From Mobula hypostoma (taxonomy: Eukaryota), in contig NC_086097.1 of NCBI RefSeq assembly GCF_963921235.1, positions 242,794,001-242,858,000 of the forward strand: DNA of 64,000 bases, in the 5' to 3' direction. Of this stretch, positions 36,140-49,760 are shown piece by piece (the first letter of the stretch is position 1; the number at the start of each line of letters is the position of its first letter). A model generated the notes under the pieces. The model saw only the letters and a program-made list of their open reading frames with translations, was not told the DNA's origin and did no database searches. Both the position numbers and the translations under genes were made by a program.

Positions 36140-38250
36140 TCATAAAGTACAGCACAGAAACAGACCCTTTGCCCAATCTAGTCCATGCTGAAACCATTTA
36201 AACTGCCTACTCCCAAAGACCTGCACCTGGACCATAGCCCTCCATATCCCTACTATCCATGTACCTATCCAAACTTCTCTCTGAAACATTGAAATTGAGC
36301 TCATATGCACCGCTTGTGCTGGCAGCTCATTCCACACTCTCATGACTCTCTGGGAGAAGAAGTTGTCTCTTAAGTTCCCTTTAAACCTTTCACCTTTCAC
36401 CCTTAGCCCATGACCTCTGGTTGTCATCCCACCCAACCTCAGAGGGAAAGGCCTGCTTATATTTACCCGATCTATACCCCTCTTACTTTTGTATACCTCT
36501 ATCAAATCTCTCCTCAGTCTTGGAAAAGAGTAAATAGTTGATGCTTCAGGCTGAGACTCTTCATCCCAGGAACCCTGAGTCCTGATGAAGGGTCTTGGCC
36601 TGAAATGTCGACTATTTACTCTTTTCCGTAGATGCTGCCTGGCCTGTTGAGTTCCTCCAGCAGTTTGTGTGTGTTGCTTGGATTTTTAGCATGTGTAGAT
36701 TTTCTCTTTGTGAGGCTCCCCTCAATCTTCTATGTTCTAAAGAATACAGCCCTAACCTATTCAATCTTTCCTCATGTCAGACCTGGAAACATCCTTGTAA
36801 ATTTTCTCTGCCCTCTTCCAACATTACTTACATCTTTCCTGTAGGTAGGTGACCAAAACTGAACACAATACTCCAAATTAGGCCTCACCGATGTCTTATA
36901 TAACTTCAGCATAGCATTCTGTCTCCTGTACTCAATACATTGATTTATGAAGGCCAATGTGCCAAAAGCTTTCTTTCGACCTCAGCTACCTGTGATGTTA
37001 CTTTTAATGAATTATGGACCTGTACTCCAAGATCCCTTTGTTCTACCACACTCCTCAGCACCTTTCTATTCACTGTGTAAGACCTACCCTGGTTAGCTCT
37101 TACTGAAGTGCAAAACTTCACACTTGACTGCATTAAATTCCATCTGCCAATTTTCAGCCCATTTTTCCATCTGATGCAGATCCTTCTGCAAGCCATCACA
37201 GCCTTCCTCATTGTCCAAAACACTCCCATTCTTGGTGACATTCGCAAATTTACTGATCCAGTTAACTACATTATCATCCAGGTCATTGATATAGATGACA
37301 AACCACAGAGGGCCCAGCACCGTTCCCTACGGCACACCACTAGTCATAGTCAGAGAGGCAACCAGCTATGACCACTCTTTGGCTTCTCCAATAAAGCCAA
37401 CGTCTAATCCAATTTACTATCTCATCTTGAATGACAAGCAACTGAACCTTCTCGACCAGCCACTCATATGGGACCTTGTCAAATGCCTTCCTAAAATCCA
37501 TGTAGACAACATCCACTGCCTTGCCTTAATCCACTTGCCCTGTAACTTCCTCAAAAAAAACCCTATGTGATTGGTTAGGCATGACCTACCACTCACAAAG
37601 CCATGCTGACTAACCTTAATCAGTCCATGTCTATCCAAATACTCATATATCCACTCCCTTAGAACACTTTCCAATAACTTTCCCTCAACTGATGTCAGAC
37701 TCACCAACCTATAGTTCCCCGATTTCTGTTTAGAGCCTTTTTTAAACAGCAGAACAACATTGGCTATCCTCTGATCCTCTGGTACCTCTCCTGTCGCTAA
37801 GGATGTTTTAAATATCTCTGCAAGAGCCCCGGGAATTGTCTGGCCCTGGTGACTTATCCATCCTGATTTGCCTCAGGGTAATAAACAGCTCCTCTTCTAT
37901 AATCTGCACAGGGTCCATGAAGTTGATGCTGCTTTGCCTCGCTTCTGTAGACTCGGTAGTAAATGCAGATGCAAAGAAAGCTTTTCAGATCCCCATTACC
38001 TGTTTTGCCTCCACACATGGATTACCATTCTGGTCTTCCAGAGGACAAATTTTGTTCCTTGTAATCCTTTTTCTCTTAACATATCTGTAGAATCCCTTAG
38101 GATTCTCCTTCACATTCTCTGTTAATCTTCCTTATTTTTTCTTAAGTTGTCTCTTGTATTTCTTGTACAGCATAAGCACCTCATTTGTTCCTACCTGCCT
38201 ATACCCGCTATGCACCTCCTTTATTCTCTTAACCAGGGCCTCAATATCTC
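36140..38250 (-). mobile_element. CR1 LINE RT to 3' end, interrupted by a PLE inverted-terminus element at 36521-36712
   Basis: VSLTSVEGKLLES, QHGFVSGRSCLTN, LGPLWFVIYINDLDD, LYKTSVRPNLEYCVQFWSP. Confidence 0.9.
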
Positions 38251-38571
38251 TTGAATTAGGAGAATTTGTATGTCACCAAGACTCCTGCAACTTTCTACGG
38301 ATGCCACCTAGAGAACATTCTGACTGGAGCTGCCAACACACAGGCTGCAGAGAATTGTAGATTCAGCCAGATCCATTGCGAGCATTATCCTCCCCTCTGT
38401 GGCTCAGGAGGTGGCATCCATCACTAAGGAGCCTCACCCTCTGGGACAGGCCTTCTTGTTACTACCATCATGGAGGAAGGTACAGGAGCCTGAAGACACA
38501 CACTCAACTTTTTAGGACCAACTTTTCCCCCTCTGCCATCAGCTTTCTGAATGGTGATGAACCCATGAACA

Positions 38572-40084
38572 TTACCTTGCAGATGCTGGAAATCCAAAGC
38601 AACACATACAAAATTCTGGAGGGTCTCAGCGGGTCAGGCAGCATTTATGGAAATTAATTAACAGCTGATTTTTGTGCCAAGTTCATTCATCGGGGGATGA
38701 TGCCAGAATAAGAAGGGGTGGGAAGGGGAAGGAGGACAAACTAGAAGGCGATAGGTGAAGTCAGGAGGCTGGGAAAGGTAAGGGGGTGGAGAAGAAGAAA
38801 TCTGATGGGAGAGGAAGGTGGGCCATGGGAGAAAGGGAAGATGAAATGGCACCAGTGGTGGAAGGTAATAGGCAGGCGAGAAAAGAAGTAAGAAGCCGAA
38901 GTGGGGAATAGAAAAGGGAAAAGGGAAGGTTAAAAAAAGAGAAAAAAATTCATGCCATCAATTTGGAGGCTTCTGAGAAGGAACACGAGGTGTTGTTTTT
39001 CCACCTTGAGAATGGTCTCATCATGGTACTAGAGGAGGCCATGGACCAATGCATCAAAATGGGAATGGGGATTGGAATGAAAATGTTTGCCCACCGGGAT
39101 ATTCAGCTTTTGGCAGATAGAGTGGAAGTGCTCGACAAAGCAGTCTCCCAATTTATGTCGTGACTCACCAGTGTAGAGGAGGCTGCATCGGGAGCACTGG
39201 ATACAGTAGACGACCTCAACAGACTTGCAGGTGAAGTGTTGCCTCAACTGGAAGGTCTGTTTGGGGCCTGACTGGTGGTGAGGGAGGAGGTGAATAGGCA
39301 GGTGTACCATTTCTTTTGCTTGCAGGGATATGTGCCAGGAAGGAGATTAGTGGGGAGGGAGGAATGGACAAGGGAATCACAGGGGGAAAGATCCCTGTGG
39401 AAAGCCGAGAGTGGAGGGGGTTTGGTAATAAAGCTGTGTTTGGTGGTAGGATCCCGTTGAAGACGGCAGAGGTTGCAGATAATGTTGCGTTGGATGCAGA
39501 GGCTTATGTTGTGATAGGTGAGTTCGAAGAACTCCATCCCTGTTAAGGTGGCAGAAAGTTGGGGTGATCGTAGATGTCTGGGAAGTAGAGGAGATGAGGG
39601 TGAGAGCAGCGTCAATGATGGAGGAAGGGAAATCCCATTCTTTGAAGAAAGCGGTCATCTCTGATGTCTTGGAAAGGAAAGCCTCATCCTGGGAACAAGT
39701 GTGGCAGAGAGAAAGGATCTGAGAAAACGGAATAGCATCTTTACAGGAGATGGTGAGGGAAGAAGTCTAGTCAATATAGCCATAGGAATTGGTAGGTTTA
39801 TGAAAGATGTTAATAGACAGTTTGTCTCCAGAGACAGAGAGAGAGAGAGAGATTGAGAAAGGGGAGGGAGGAGTCAGAAATTGACCAAATGAATTTAACG
39901 GCAAGGTGGAAGTTAGAGACAGAGTTGATGAAATTGACGAGCTCAGCATGGGTGTGCGAAACAGCACCAATGCAGTCGTCAATGTAGCGCAGGAGGTGTT
40001 ACGAGCATTACCAGGGAAGGCTTGGAACATGGACTATTCCAGGTAGCCAGCAAAAAGGCAGGCTTACCTGGGGCCCATGCGGAT
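38572..40084 (-). mobile_element. Penelope-like element, RT C-half plus GIY-YIG endonuclease plus 3' terminus (degenerate)
   Basis: GVSMGIRMGP (RT motif B), LRYIDDC (~39975-39995), IFHKPTNSYGYID, FTCKSVEVVYCIQCSRCSLLYTGESRHKLGDCFVEH. Confidence 0.9.
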
Positions 40085-40343
40085 GCCCATGGATACCCCC
40101 TTGAGTCTGGGTATCTGGGTTCTTGCGAGTGCCCATGGATACCCCTTGAGTCTGGATATCTGGGTTCTTGCGAGTGCCCATGGATACCCCTTGAGTCTGG
40201 ATATTTGGGGCCCACGCGGGTGCCCATGGATACCCCTTGAGTCTGGATATCTGGGTTCATGCGGGTGCCCATGGATACCCCTTGAGTCTGGATATCTGGG
40301 TTCATGCGGGTGCCCATGGATACCCCTTGAGTCTGGATATCTG
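40085..40343. repeat. 45-46-bp minisatellite (~5.7 copies) derived from Penelope RT motif B
   Basis: Units start at 40085, 40131, 40176, 40222, 40267 and 40312; the minus strand encodes repeated QTQGVSMGTRM. Confidence 0.95.
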
Positions 40344-41203
40344 ACGTCTATGTAGGTGACCAAGGTTAACTTTTGCTTTTCACAATTTATTTAATTTTGC
40401 AGTTTATAGATTTTCATGTCTTTGTACTGTATTGCTGCCACAAAAGCAATGAATTTCACATCACTTGTCGGCGACAATAAATCGGATTCTGATTCTGATA
40501 TATTGCCCCTTAACTCCAGTCAATATTTGCACTGTATTCTGGAACACCCTCTCATGTATCATATGCAGCAGTGCATTGAAGCACCAACAGCAATCTTGTT
40601 ATGTACGGTAAATTGGAACAAGCCAAGGAAAGTAATTGCACACTTGCCAGATAAAGTAATTTAAAGGACGGAACTACTACATGATGGAAGTTTGTAAGTA
40701 CTAGTGCACTCTCAGGAATTCTGTAATGATTTGCTGAAGCATTCATTTCACTCCTTAATAAATAAACCAGTTATCTGTTGCAAACTTTAGAACATGTTTC
40801 CTTTACATAACTCCAGTAACTTCATAACAAACTTTGCTTCTATAGTTCCAGAAGAGTTATCGGGGTGGCAGGGTGGAGATTTGTCTCTACCAAAGGAGGT
40901 GTATGACACCCCTTTCCTCTGTTAGCTTGCTGGTCGATCTTAGGCAAAGTATATCACCAGCTTAGTGCACACCGTTCCCACCCCCCCCCAACACAAATCA
41001 GGGTCATGTGAAGTCATAGGAACAGGTGGCAGATGGTCGTACCATATCAGCAGCCAATGCATATCACAAGTCCTGGTTATGCGACCACTGATGCCAGGCA
41101 GACAATCTCTGAAGAGTATTGATAATGGCTGGGGCCACCTGTTTTGTAAAGACACTGCCCAGAAGAAGGGAAAGGCAAACCTGTTCTGTGCTGTGCTGCT
41201 CTA

Positions 41204-41893
41204 TACTTAGTGACAACTTTATTAGATATCTCCTGTACTTCATAAAGTAGCCACTGAGTGTATGTTCGTGGTCTCCTGCTGCTGTAGCCTATCTACTTCA
41301 AGCTTCTGCACATTACTGTTGTAACACGTGGTTATTGTGGTAAACCATATATATGTTGCAACTGGGTTAACTGTCTGGACACGCCCCTCTGCTGACTGCC
41401 CCTGTGGCTCCTCCCACAGAGTCCTGTATAAAGGTGATTTGCCTTGCCCCTCCCCCTCAGTCCAGGGGCAGACCCTCAGCATGGAGGTTGTATTTTGCTG
41501 CGAATAAAAGCCTTTCAGTATTTACCCTACTTCAGTCTTTTGGAGTTATTGAAGGTGCTTCAGTTATTTGAGCTACTGTCACCTTCCGGTCAGCTTGAGC
41601 TAGAATGAAAAATCTCACCTGACATCTCTTGTTAACAAGGCATTCCCATCCACAGAACTGCTGCTCACTGGATGTTCTTTTTTAAATTTTTCGCTCCATT
41701 CTTCGTAAGCTATAGAAACTGTTGTGCATGAAAATCCCAGGAGACCTACAGTTTCTGCGATACTCAAACCACCCCGTCTGGCACCAACAATCATTCCACG
41801 ATCAGTATCACTGTTGTTGCCACATAATTGGCTGACTAGACACTAGTATTAATGAGCAGTTGTTCTTGTGTACTAACGAGTAGTCACTAAGTG
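41204..41893 (+). mobile_element. Non-autonomous Tc1-like DNA transposon
   Basis: Degenerate TIRs TA|TACTTAGTGACAACTTTATTAG ... CTAACGAGTAGTCACTAAGTG|TA; internal inverted TIR copy at ~41243-41262. Confidence 0.7.
41336..41562 (+). mobile_element. Solo LTR (227 bp) inserted in the Tc1-like element
   Basis: TG...CA ends, perfect 5-bp TSD GTTAT, internal TATAAA and AATAAA. Confidence 0.85.
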
Positions 41894-41899
41894 TATAAG

Positions 41900-42540
41900 C
41901 CCATAAGGCCATAAGACGTAGGAGTGGAATTAGACGATTTGGCCCATCGAGTCTGCTCCACCATTCCATCCTGGCTGATTTGACGTTCCTCTAACCCCTT
42001 TCTTCTGCATTATCCCCATAACTTTTGACGCGCTGACTAATCAGGAACCTGTCAACCCCTGCTTTAAATATACTCAGTGACTTGGGCTCCGCAGCCATCT
42101 GTTGCAATGAATTCCACAGATTCACCTCCCGCTGGCTAATGAAAATCCTCCTCATCTCTATTCTAATGAGATTTCCTTCCATTCCGAGGCTGTGCCCTCT
42201 GGTCCTAAACTCCCCCACTGTCAGAAACATCATCTTCATATCCACTCATTCTAGGTCTTTCAATATTCGATAGGTTTTAATGAGATTGTCAGAACCATCA
42301 AAAGCTTCTCCTATGTTAACCCTTTCATTCCTGGGATTATTCTCGTGAACCACCTCTTGACCCTCTACGATGCCAGCACATCCTTTCCTCGATAAGCGTC
42401 CCGAAACTACTCATGATACTCTGAGTGGGGTCTGAACAATGCCTTACAGAGCCACAGCATTACATCCTTGCTTTCAGTGCTCTAGAAATGAATGCTAGCA
42501 TTGCATTTGCCTTCCTCACCACCGACTCATGCTGCAAGAA
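41900..42540 (-). mobile_element. CR1 3' fragment
   Basis: RTRGHSLGMEG...FISQREVNLWNSL; (CTTATGG)n tail. Confidence 0.85.
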
Positions 42541-43619
42541 TGCTCTCGAAAGTCTACGCTCCATATTGTACATTGTAAACCCCATGAGAGCATAGTTCAT
42601 TCTGTGTCATAGATTTTTGTGAATTCCATAAGGGTAAATTCCATTAGCCAAGCAATTGTAGCACATGGGGCAGCTGTACTGATTACATTTAAGAAAAAAA
42701 GTTAAACAATGGTGATTTTACATTGTGTGAAGTAGTGGTTTTGCCAAGCAATTTAAATTAAATTTCAGTACTGTCAATCCTTTGGGCTTAATGGTTGATG
42801 CAATGTTATAATAATGAGCTTGTTTGGCTGTTTTCTTGGTAATGACTGTGAGAATTGAGTGATTAAGTTACCCAAACATGTCTAGGCAAGGTCAAGCCAG
42901 TGCAGGGCTGCCCACAAGATTAGTCACACTCATGACAATGTCCCACACACTACAGTGATGCAACAGGGAAGGGATAGGGGTGGGGGATAATTAGGGGAAG
43001 GGAGTCATCGAGGGCATTTCTGCCCAGAATCAGACAGCCAAGCAAAACTGGCATGCACTCAAAAATGGGGAGGATGTTTAACAAAGCAAAAGATTTCATC
43101 AGAATTCTTTGAAACTAACAACACTTAGTTGAATGAAATCCACCAGTTTTAGCCAGTCTTTAATCATGGATACACAAGCAATTCTCAGATGCTGGAAATC
43201 CAGAGCAACACACACAAAATTCTGTAGGAACACAGCAAGTTAGGCAGCGTCTATGGATATGAATAAACAGTCGAAGTTTCGGGGTGAGACCTTTCATCAG
43301 TCCCGATAATGTTTTGGTGCTGTGGGTTTTCTTTCTGTAACAGTGCAATTTTCATGTGTAATATGTGTGCTTTACATTAAATAACCACAATGAAGAACAA
43401 CAGAGGGCTATATGAGAAGGGACATTTAGAGTGATCTTTGAGTAGGTTAAAAGGTTGGCACAATATTGTGGGCTGAAGGGCCTGTACTGTGCTGTGCTGA
43501 TCTATGTGGAAATATACAACAACCTTGATTTTATTATATGCCACAACATTCATAAATACTTCTTTAAGGATCAATATTTTCCTAATCAGTGTGAGCTGCT
43601 TAAATCACACATAGAAATG

Positions 43620-44280
43620 TGCTGGTACAGAAACACCAATGCCAAAAAATGGAAAAAACCTACAAAGAGTGATGGACATGGCCCAGTACATCCCAGGGAA
43701 AACCCTTCTGCAACATTGAACACACCCACAAGGAGCACTGTCGCAAAAAAGCAGCATCCATCATCGACTCCCACCATCCAGGCCATACTCTCAGTACTCG
43801 CACCTTCAACAAACTTCTACAGATGTGTGGTGGAGAGTATATTAACTGGCTGCATCACAGCCTGGTATGGAAACACCAATACCCTTGAACGGAATAGTCA
43901 ACAAACAGTAGTGGATGCGGCCCAGTCCAACGCGGTTAAAACCCTCCCCATCTTTGAACAAACCTACACAGAGTGCTGTTGGAGGAAAGCAGCATCCATC
44001 ATCAAGGACACCCACCACCCAGGCCATGCTCTCTCCTCTTTACTCCTATCATGAAGGATATACAGGAGCCTTAGGTCCCACATTAGTAGTTTCAGAAACA
44101 ATTACTATCCCTCAAGCATCAGGCTCCTGAAACAGGGTAGATAGCTTCACTCACCCCTACATTGAACTGATTCCATAACCTATGGACTCATCTTCAAGGA
44201 CACTACAACTCATGTTCTCAGTACATATTACTTGACAAATACTGAACGCACTTCGATAATAAATTTACTTTGAACTTTGG
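43620..44280 (+). mobile_element. Rex1/Babar-like LINE 3' fragments
   Basis: NFYRCVVESILTGCITAWYGN...KAASIIKDTHHPGHAL; AATAAA...TTTGAAC tail. Confidence 0.8.
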
Positions 44281-44546
44281 ACCCTGCTTCCTTGGCATTC
44301 CTGAACATCCATGTAGCATTCAGAACACCTGATATGAAACTCTGCTCAACAATGTGGCCTTTGGGAGCACCGTGGAAAGCCAGTGGAAGTATTTCCAATA
44401 ACTGCAGAGCATCTCAGAGGAAGCGCCCGTGGTGACCAGGAGTGATCTTCAAAAGTAAGTTGAAGTTCGAAAGTAAATTTCAAAACAAGGTACACATACA
44501 ACCCCAAGATTTATTTTCTTGTGGGCGTAGACAGTAAATCCAAGAA

Positions 44547-44859
44547 GTAAAGGCATCTGTTAGTCATGCGAGACCATGGATCTGCGCCTGGAAAGTCTTC
44601 ACTCTCCAGGGCACAGGCCTGGGCAAGGTTGTATGGAAGACCAGCAGTTGCCCATGCTGCAAGTCTCCCCTCTCCACGACACCAATGTCGTCCAAGGGAA
44701 GGGCACTAGGACCCATACAGCTTGGCACCGGTGTCATCGCAGAGCAATGCGTAATTAAGTGCTTTGCTCAAGGACACAACACGTTCCCTCGGCTGGAGCT
44801 CGAACTCAGGACCTTCAGGTCGCTAGTCCAATGCCTTAACCACTTGGCCACGTGCTCAC
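44547..44859 (-). mobile_element. tRNA-derived CORE-type SINE with 12-bp TSD
   Basis: A box TGGCCAAGTGG, B box GAGTTCGAGC, CORE-like GTGTCCTTGAGCAAAGCACTTAA; TSD TAAATCCAAGAA at 44535-44546 and 44860-44871. Confidence 0.85.
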
Positions 44860-45254
44860 TAAATCCAAGAAACACAATAGAATTAATGAAAGACCACACC
44901 CAACAGAACGGACAAAAAGAAATGTGCTGAAGTCAACAATGTGTGCAAGAAAAAAGAAAAATAAGTAAGCAATATATAATTGAGAACATGAGAACATGAG
45001 ATGAGAAGTCCTTGAAAGTAAGTCCATAGGTTGTGGGAATAATTCAGTGAAGGGACGAGCGAAGTTGAGTGAAGTTATTCCCGTTGGTTCAGGAGCCTGA
45101 TGGCTGAGGGGTAATAACTGTTCCTGAACCTGGTGGTGTGAGTCCTGAGGCTCCTGTACCTTCTTCCTGAGGGTGGCAGTGAGACCAGAGCATGTTCTGG
45201 GTGCTGGGTGTCCCTGATGATTGATGCTGCTTTCCTGAGTCGGTGATTTGTATA
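44860..45254 (-). mobile_element. Rex1/Babar-like LINE 3' part (continues at 61884-62025 after the Gypsy insertion)
   Basis: RKAASIIRDTQHPEHALVSLPPSGRRYRSLRTHTTRFRNSYYPSAIRLLN. Confidence 0.8.
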
Positions 45255-46309
45255 TGTAATGCCCTGGTACATATCTTTGACTGTACTTCATTTCAGCAGT
45301 TCTGTGCGTGCTGCTCGTTTTCATGTTTTTACTGTTAAGCTGTATGTATTCCATTTTGTGCTGTTCAGTGCGAGCTGCTTGTTTTAAGCTTATGTTTGGG
45401 TTATTGTTGAAGATAAGAGACGAGGAGAAATGTGTGCATCCAAAGGTTGTCCTTGAGGTTTTTTTTTGGTTCGAGAGAGATGAAGAGAGAAGACTCCAGA
45501 GTGAAGAGGTTGTAGGATCTGACCCAGAGCAGGACTGTGATTCGACAAAGCCCGGGTGCGATCAATTGGGGATCAGTGACTTGGGGAAACCGTGAGCTCC
45601 AACTTGTGCACATTAAACTGTTCCATTAAAATGGGCCCTTTTCTTTTTTGTTCTTTTCTTTACTAACCCTTTAGTCAAATTAAGAATGATAAAGATAAAT
45701 CTTTTAATTTCAGATGTTTTTATTGTGAAGCAACATCAGCTTAACCACAACTGACAATGTCCTAAAGTACAAAGCTTCTTTTTCCTTTTCTTTCTTATAA
45801 CAACATAATAAAAATCAAATGAATGTATGTACAGTAAACAAGCAAAAAGCAAAGGAAACCCTACCACCCCGTCTCCTTTCCCCTTCCCAGCCCTCCCCTC
45901 CCCTCACCCCTCCCGTATGTGCTGTTTGGGTCCTACCGTCCCCCACACTTAGCTCAGCTGTAGGTCTCTTCTAAATACAACAGTAATGGCTGCCATATTT
46001 TTTCAAATTCCTTGAGTCTGTCCTTGATAACGTATCTTATCCTCTCTAGATGCAGAGTATCCATTAATGCAGCCAGCCATTGTCTGAGTGATGGAGTTTC
46101 CTCCTTTTTCCAGAACATCAGTATGAGTTTCTTTCCATTAAGTATGCCATAGGTCAGGAGTTGTTGCTGGGTAGCCTGGAATTTATCTGACCTCGCAGAA
46201 GTTCCAAAAATTATTGAAATGGGGTCTGGTATTATCTGAACCTTTAGTATCTTCGATAGGACCTCAGATATTTGCTTCCAGTACTCTTGTATCCTGGGAC
46301 ATAAAGCAT

Positions 46310-46685
46310 ATGTATAAAATCCGAAAGGGATTGGACAGGCTAGATGCAGGAAGATTGTTCCCGATGTTGGGGAAGTCCAGAACGAGGGGCCACAGTTTGA
46401 GGATAGAGGGGAAGCCTTTTAGGACCGAGATTAGGAAAAACTTCTTCACACAGAGAGTGGTGAATCTGTGGAATTCTCTGCCACAGGAAACTGTTGAGGC
46501 CAGTTCATTGGCTATATTTAAGAGGGAGTTAGATATGGCCCTTGTGGCTACGGGGGTCAGGGGGTATGGAGGGAAGGCTGGGGCGGGGTTCTGAGTTGGA
46601 TGATCAGCCATGATCATAATAAATGGCGGTGCAGGCTCGAAGGGCCGTATGGCCTACTCCTGCACCTATTTTCTATGTTTCTATA
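46310..46685 (+). mobile_element. Young CR1 3' fragment inside L1
   Basis: YKIRKGLDRLDAGRLFPMLGKSRTRGHSLRIEGKPFRTEIRKNFFTQRVVNLWNSLP. Confidence 0.92.
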
Positions 46686-47160
46686 ACTATGTAACAGATT
46701 TGCCTCCGAGGACTTGCATTTCTCACACATTGGGGACGCCTCTGGGAATATTTTATGAATCCTTACTTTTGAGTAATGTAGTCTATGTAGGATTTTAAGT
46801 TGTATTAAACAATGCCTGGCATTGATGGAACAGGAGTTAACATACTCCAAAGCCTCATTCCATATAACCTCAATCTCTATCTCTGTACCCAACTCCTTTT
46901 CCCACTCTTTTTTAATACTATCCATCGTTGTGTGACACTTGTTTTGTATGGCATCATGCACATCATGCAGATAGGCGATGATGTGTTCTGTCCCGAAACA
47001 TGATCGTAAATGATTATCTAATTTATCAGGTTCTGCCGTCTCAAAACCAGAAAGGTGTGATCTTATATAGTGACTTAGCTGGAGACACCTGAAAAAATGA
47101 CTCTTTTGCAATCTGAATTTGTCCTGGAGCTGCCGAAATGATGCAAAAATCCCTTGTATG

Positions 47161-47852
47161 TGTAGCCCCCCTGGCCACCCTCAGGGTTGCTCGGCTCGCT
47201 GTTGTCTAGGGAAACAGCCCTCGGCCCCGCCAAACTGGGTAATAGTTTGTGTGGATGCTGTGTGATGTACCCAACCCGCCCAAATAACAGAAAATACACC
47301 AGATACGATTAAATGATTTACAGTTTATAGATATTACTGGAACTATATAATTAATAGAGAATAGAATATAAAAGGAAAATAAAAGGCGCCACACTTATCA
47401 AAGTTCAATCTCTTCGTGCACAAAAAGTTGGAGCTCGGGACCCTTCTTCTTTACCCTGCGACCCCTTGGACCATCTCGACTGGCCGCCTGGGACCAACAA
47501 CGGTGGTCCACCAGACGCTCCACACGAGTCTGTCTCCGTCTCCTCGCCGAATGCCCTCCTCGGGGTCCGACCCCGTTAGCGGACATCACAGCACCTCGTC
47601 CATTCTCTGTCTCTCTCTCCCGCCTTCTGCCTCAAAACCCCGCGCATACAAATCTTCCAGATACACCAAAGTCATAACAACTATCCCAATTGGTTCATAA
47701 CATCCTCTTATCACTCCCTAACCCATAACACGCTGCTAGCGCAAAGCTTTCTCAGCGTTTAACATAACAAAGAAGCATTCCCGATTATAACATAACAAAG
47801 AAGCCATTTTAATTAGCCTCCGCAGTAACATAAAAGACGAAACCCCTTTACA
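47161..47852. mobile_element. Solo LTR (692 bp) inside L1 ORF2
   Basis: TGTAG...TTACA termini, perfect 4-bp TSD TATG; the L1 sequence resumes on both sides. Confidence 0.88.
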
Positions 47853-49459
47853 TATGTATAAGTTTCCAATGCTGCATATCCCTAATTCTCACCATGCATC
47901 AAAGGCTCCATCTATACATGAGGGGATAAAAGAGGGGTTCGCTGATATAGGTACAAGAAAAGATAATGTTCTGAGTTTCAAATGCTTCCCCATTTGTCTC
48001 CACATCTGTATGGTGCTATGGATAATAGGATTGCCTCTATAACAGGATTTATTTAACCGAGTAGGGGACATAATGATTGCCCCCATGGAATATGGTAGGC
48101 AATCCTCATGCTCCATCTCCAACCATCCGGGAAGTACAACTGTATCATCTATCCAGTATGCTATATGACTAATGTTAGCAGCCCAGTAATAAAAAAATAA
48201 AGTTGGGTAGTGCCAGGCCCCCACCTAGTCTTATTCTTGCAGAGATGTTCTTTCCTAATTCGATGGGCTTTATAATTCCATATAAAAGGTAGAATTATCG
48301 AATCTAATCCTTTAAAAAAGGTTTTGATAAGATAGAGGGGCAGGCAGGTTCTGAAATAGTAGGCCAGCTGAGGAAGAAAGATCATCTTGACTGCATTTAC
48401 TCTACCCACTAAAGAAATTGGGAGTGTCTTCCAAAATTCCATTTTCTTTTTAATCTTTTCAATTAGAGGGATAACATTTGCTTCAAATAGAGAACTACAC
48501 TTTTTGGTTCTTGCAGTTCCAAGGCAAGTAAACTTCTCAAGGGTTATTTTGAATGGAAATTGTTTAAGCCCCTCCTGTTCTTCTACTCGGACCGGGAATA
48601 ATTCACTTTTCCCCCAATTAATCTCATACCCCGAGAAAGTACCAAATAAATTGACTATTTCCAGCAAAACTGGATAGTAATATATGGTTTCACTACAAAC
48701 AACAAAACATCGTCCACATAAAGAGAAATTTTGTTGATAGTATATTCTGTATAGTACCCATAAATTTCAGGGTGAGAACGTATAGTCTCCGCCAGTGGTT
48801 CCAGGGCCAACACAAACAATAAGGGACTTAATGCACAGCCCTGTCTTGTGCCCTTGTGCAAACTGAATGGTTCCGAGAGGGTCTGATTAGTTAGTATTTC
48901 AGCACTAGGGTTACTGTACAGTAGCTTAATCCAAGTTATAAATTTGTCTCCCCTTCCAAATTTTTTCAAAACCTCATAGAGGTATTCCCATTCCACTTGG
49001 TCGAATGTTTTCTCAGCATCTAAACTTAATGTTATAAGGTCTTCCTTAGGATGTCTTGGGGAATGCATTATATTAAGAAGGCGCCTGATGTTATGGAAAG
49101 AATTCCTTTTAGGGATAAACCCTGCTTGACCTGAGTGTAACAACTTATTTATCTGCTGACTGAGTCTCCTTGCCAGCGTTTTGGCTAAAATTTTCTGATC
49201 CAAATTTAGCAGTGAAATCGGCCTATATAATCCTTCCTCCTCTGGGTCTTTGTCCTCCTTTGGAATAAGCGTGATAATGGCCTCATTCAGGGTTTGGGGT
49301 AACCTGCCAGTTTCAAACGACTTCCTATACATCCTTACCATATAAGGTGCTAATAAGTCACTAAACTTCTTAAAAAACTCATTACCTATTCCATCCGAAC
49401 CTGGACTCTTGCCATTTTTCAGGGATCTTATTGTTCCTTCTATTTCATCATTTGTCAAT

Positions 49460-49760
49460 TGTCGGATTGTGGTTGGGTACGGAAGGGAGAGTTTTCTTCC
49501 TTCTCCCGTCTGCGTGAGATGTGGGACGTTCGAGAAACTTTGAACTTTTTTACTGTGCTCATGGACTGTTCTTCATCAAGTTATGGTATTGTTGCATTGT
49601 TGTAACAATATGTTATAATTACGTGGTTTTGTTAGTTTTTTCAGTCTTGGTCTGTCCTGTGTTTTGTGATATCACACCGGAGGAAATATTGTATCATTTC
49701 TTAATGCATGCATTACTAAATGACAATAAAAGAGGACTGCATGTCTTCGTAATCTAATCT
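49460..49760 (+). mobile_element. SINE-like 3' fragment inside L1
   Basis: Same 3' end as 28645-29230; (TAATC)n tail. Confidence 0.7.

Noticed and set aside
39979..40363. Repeat-rich ORFs (HGHPHEPRYPDSRG...) as a novel protein
   Set aside because: Product of the 45-46-bp minisatellite; several frames are open for that reason alone
44780..44856. tRNA gene on the minus strand
   Set aside because: It is the tRNA-derived head of a SINE with a CORE-like body and TSD; no complete acceptor stem
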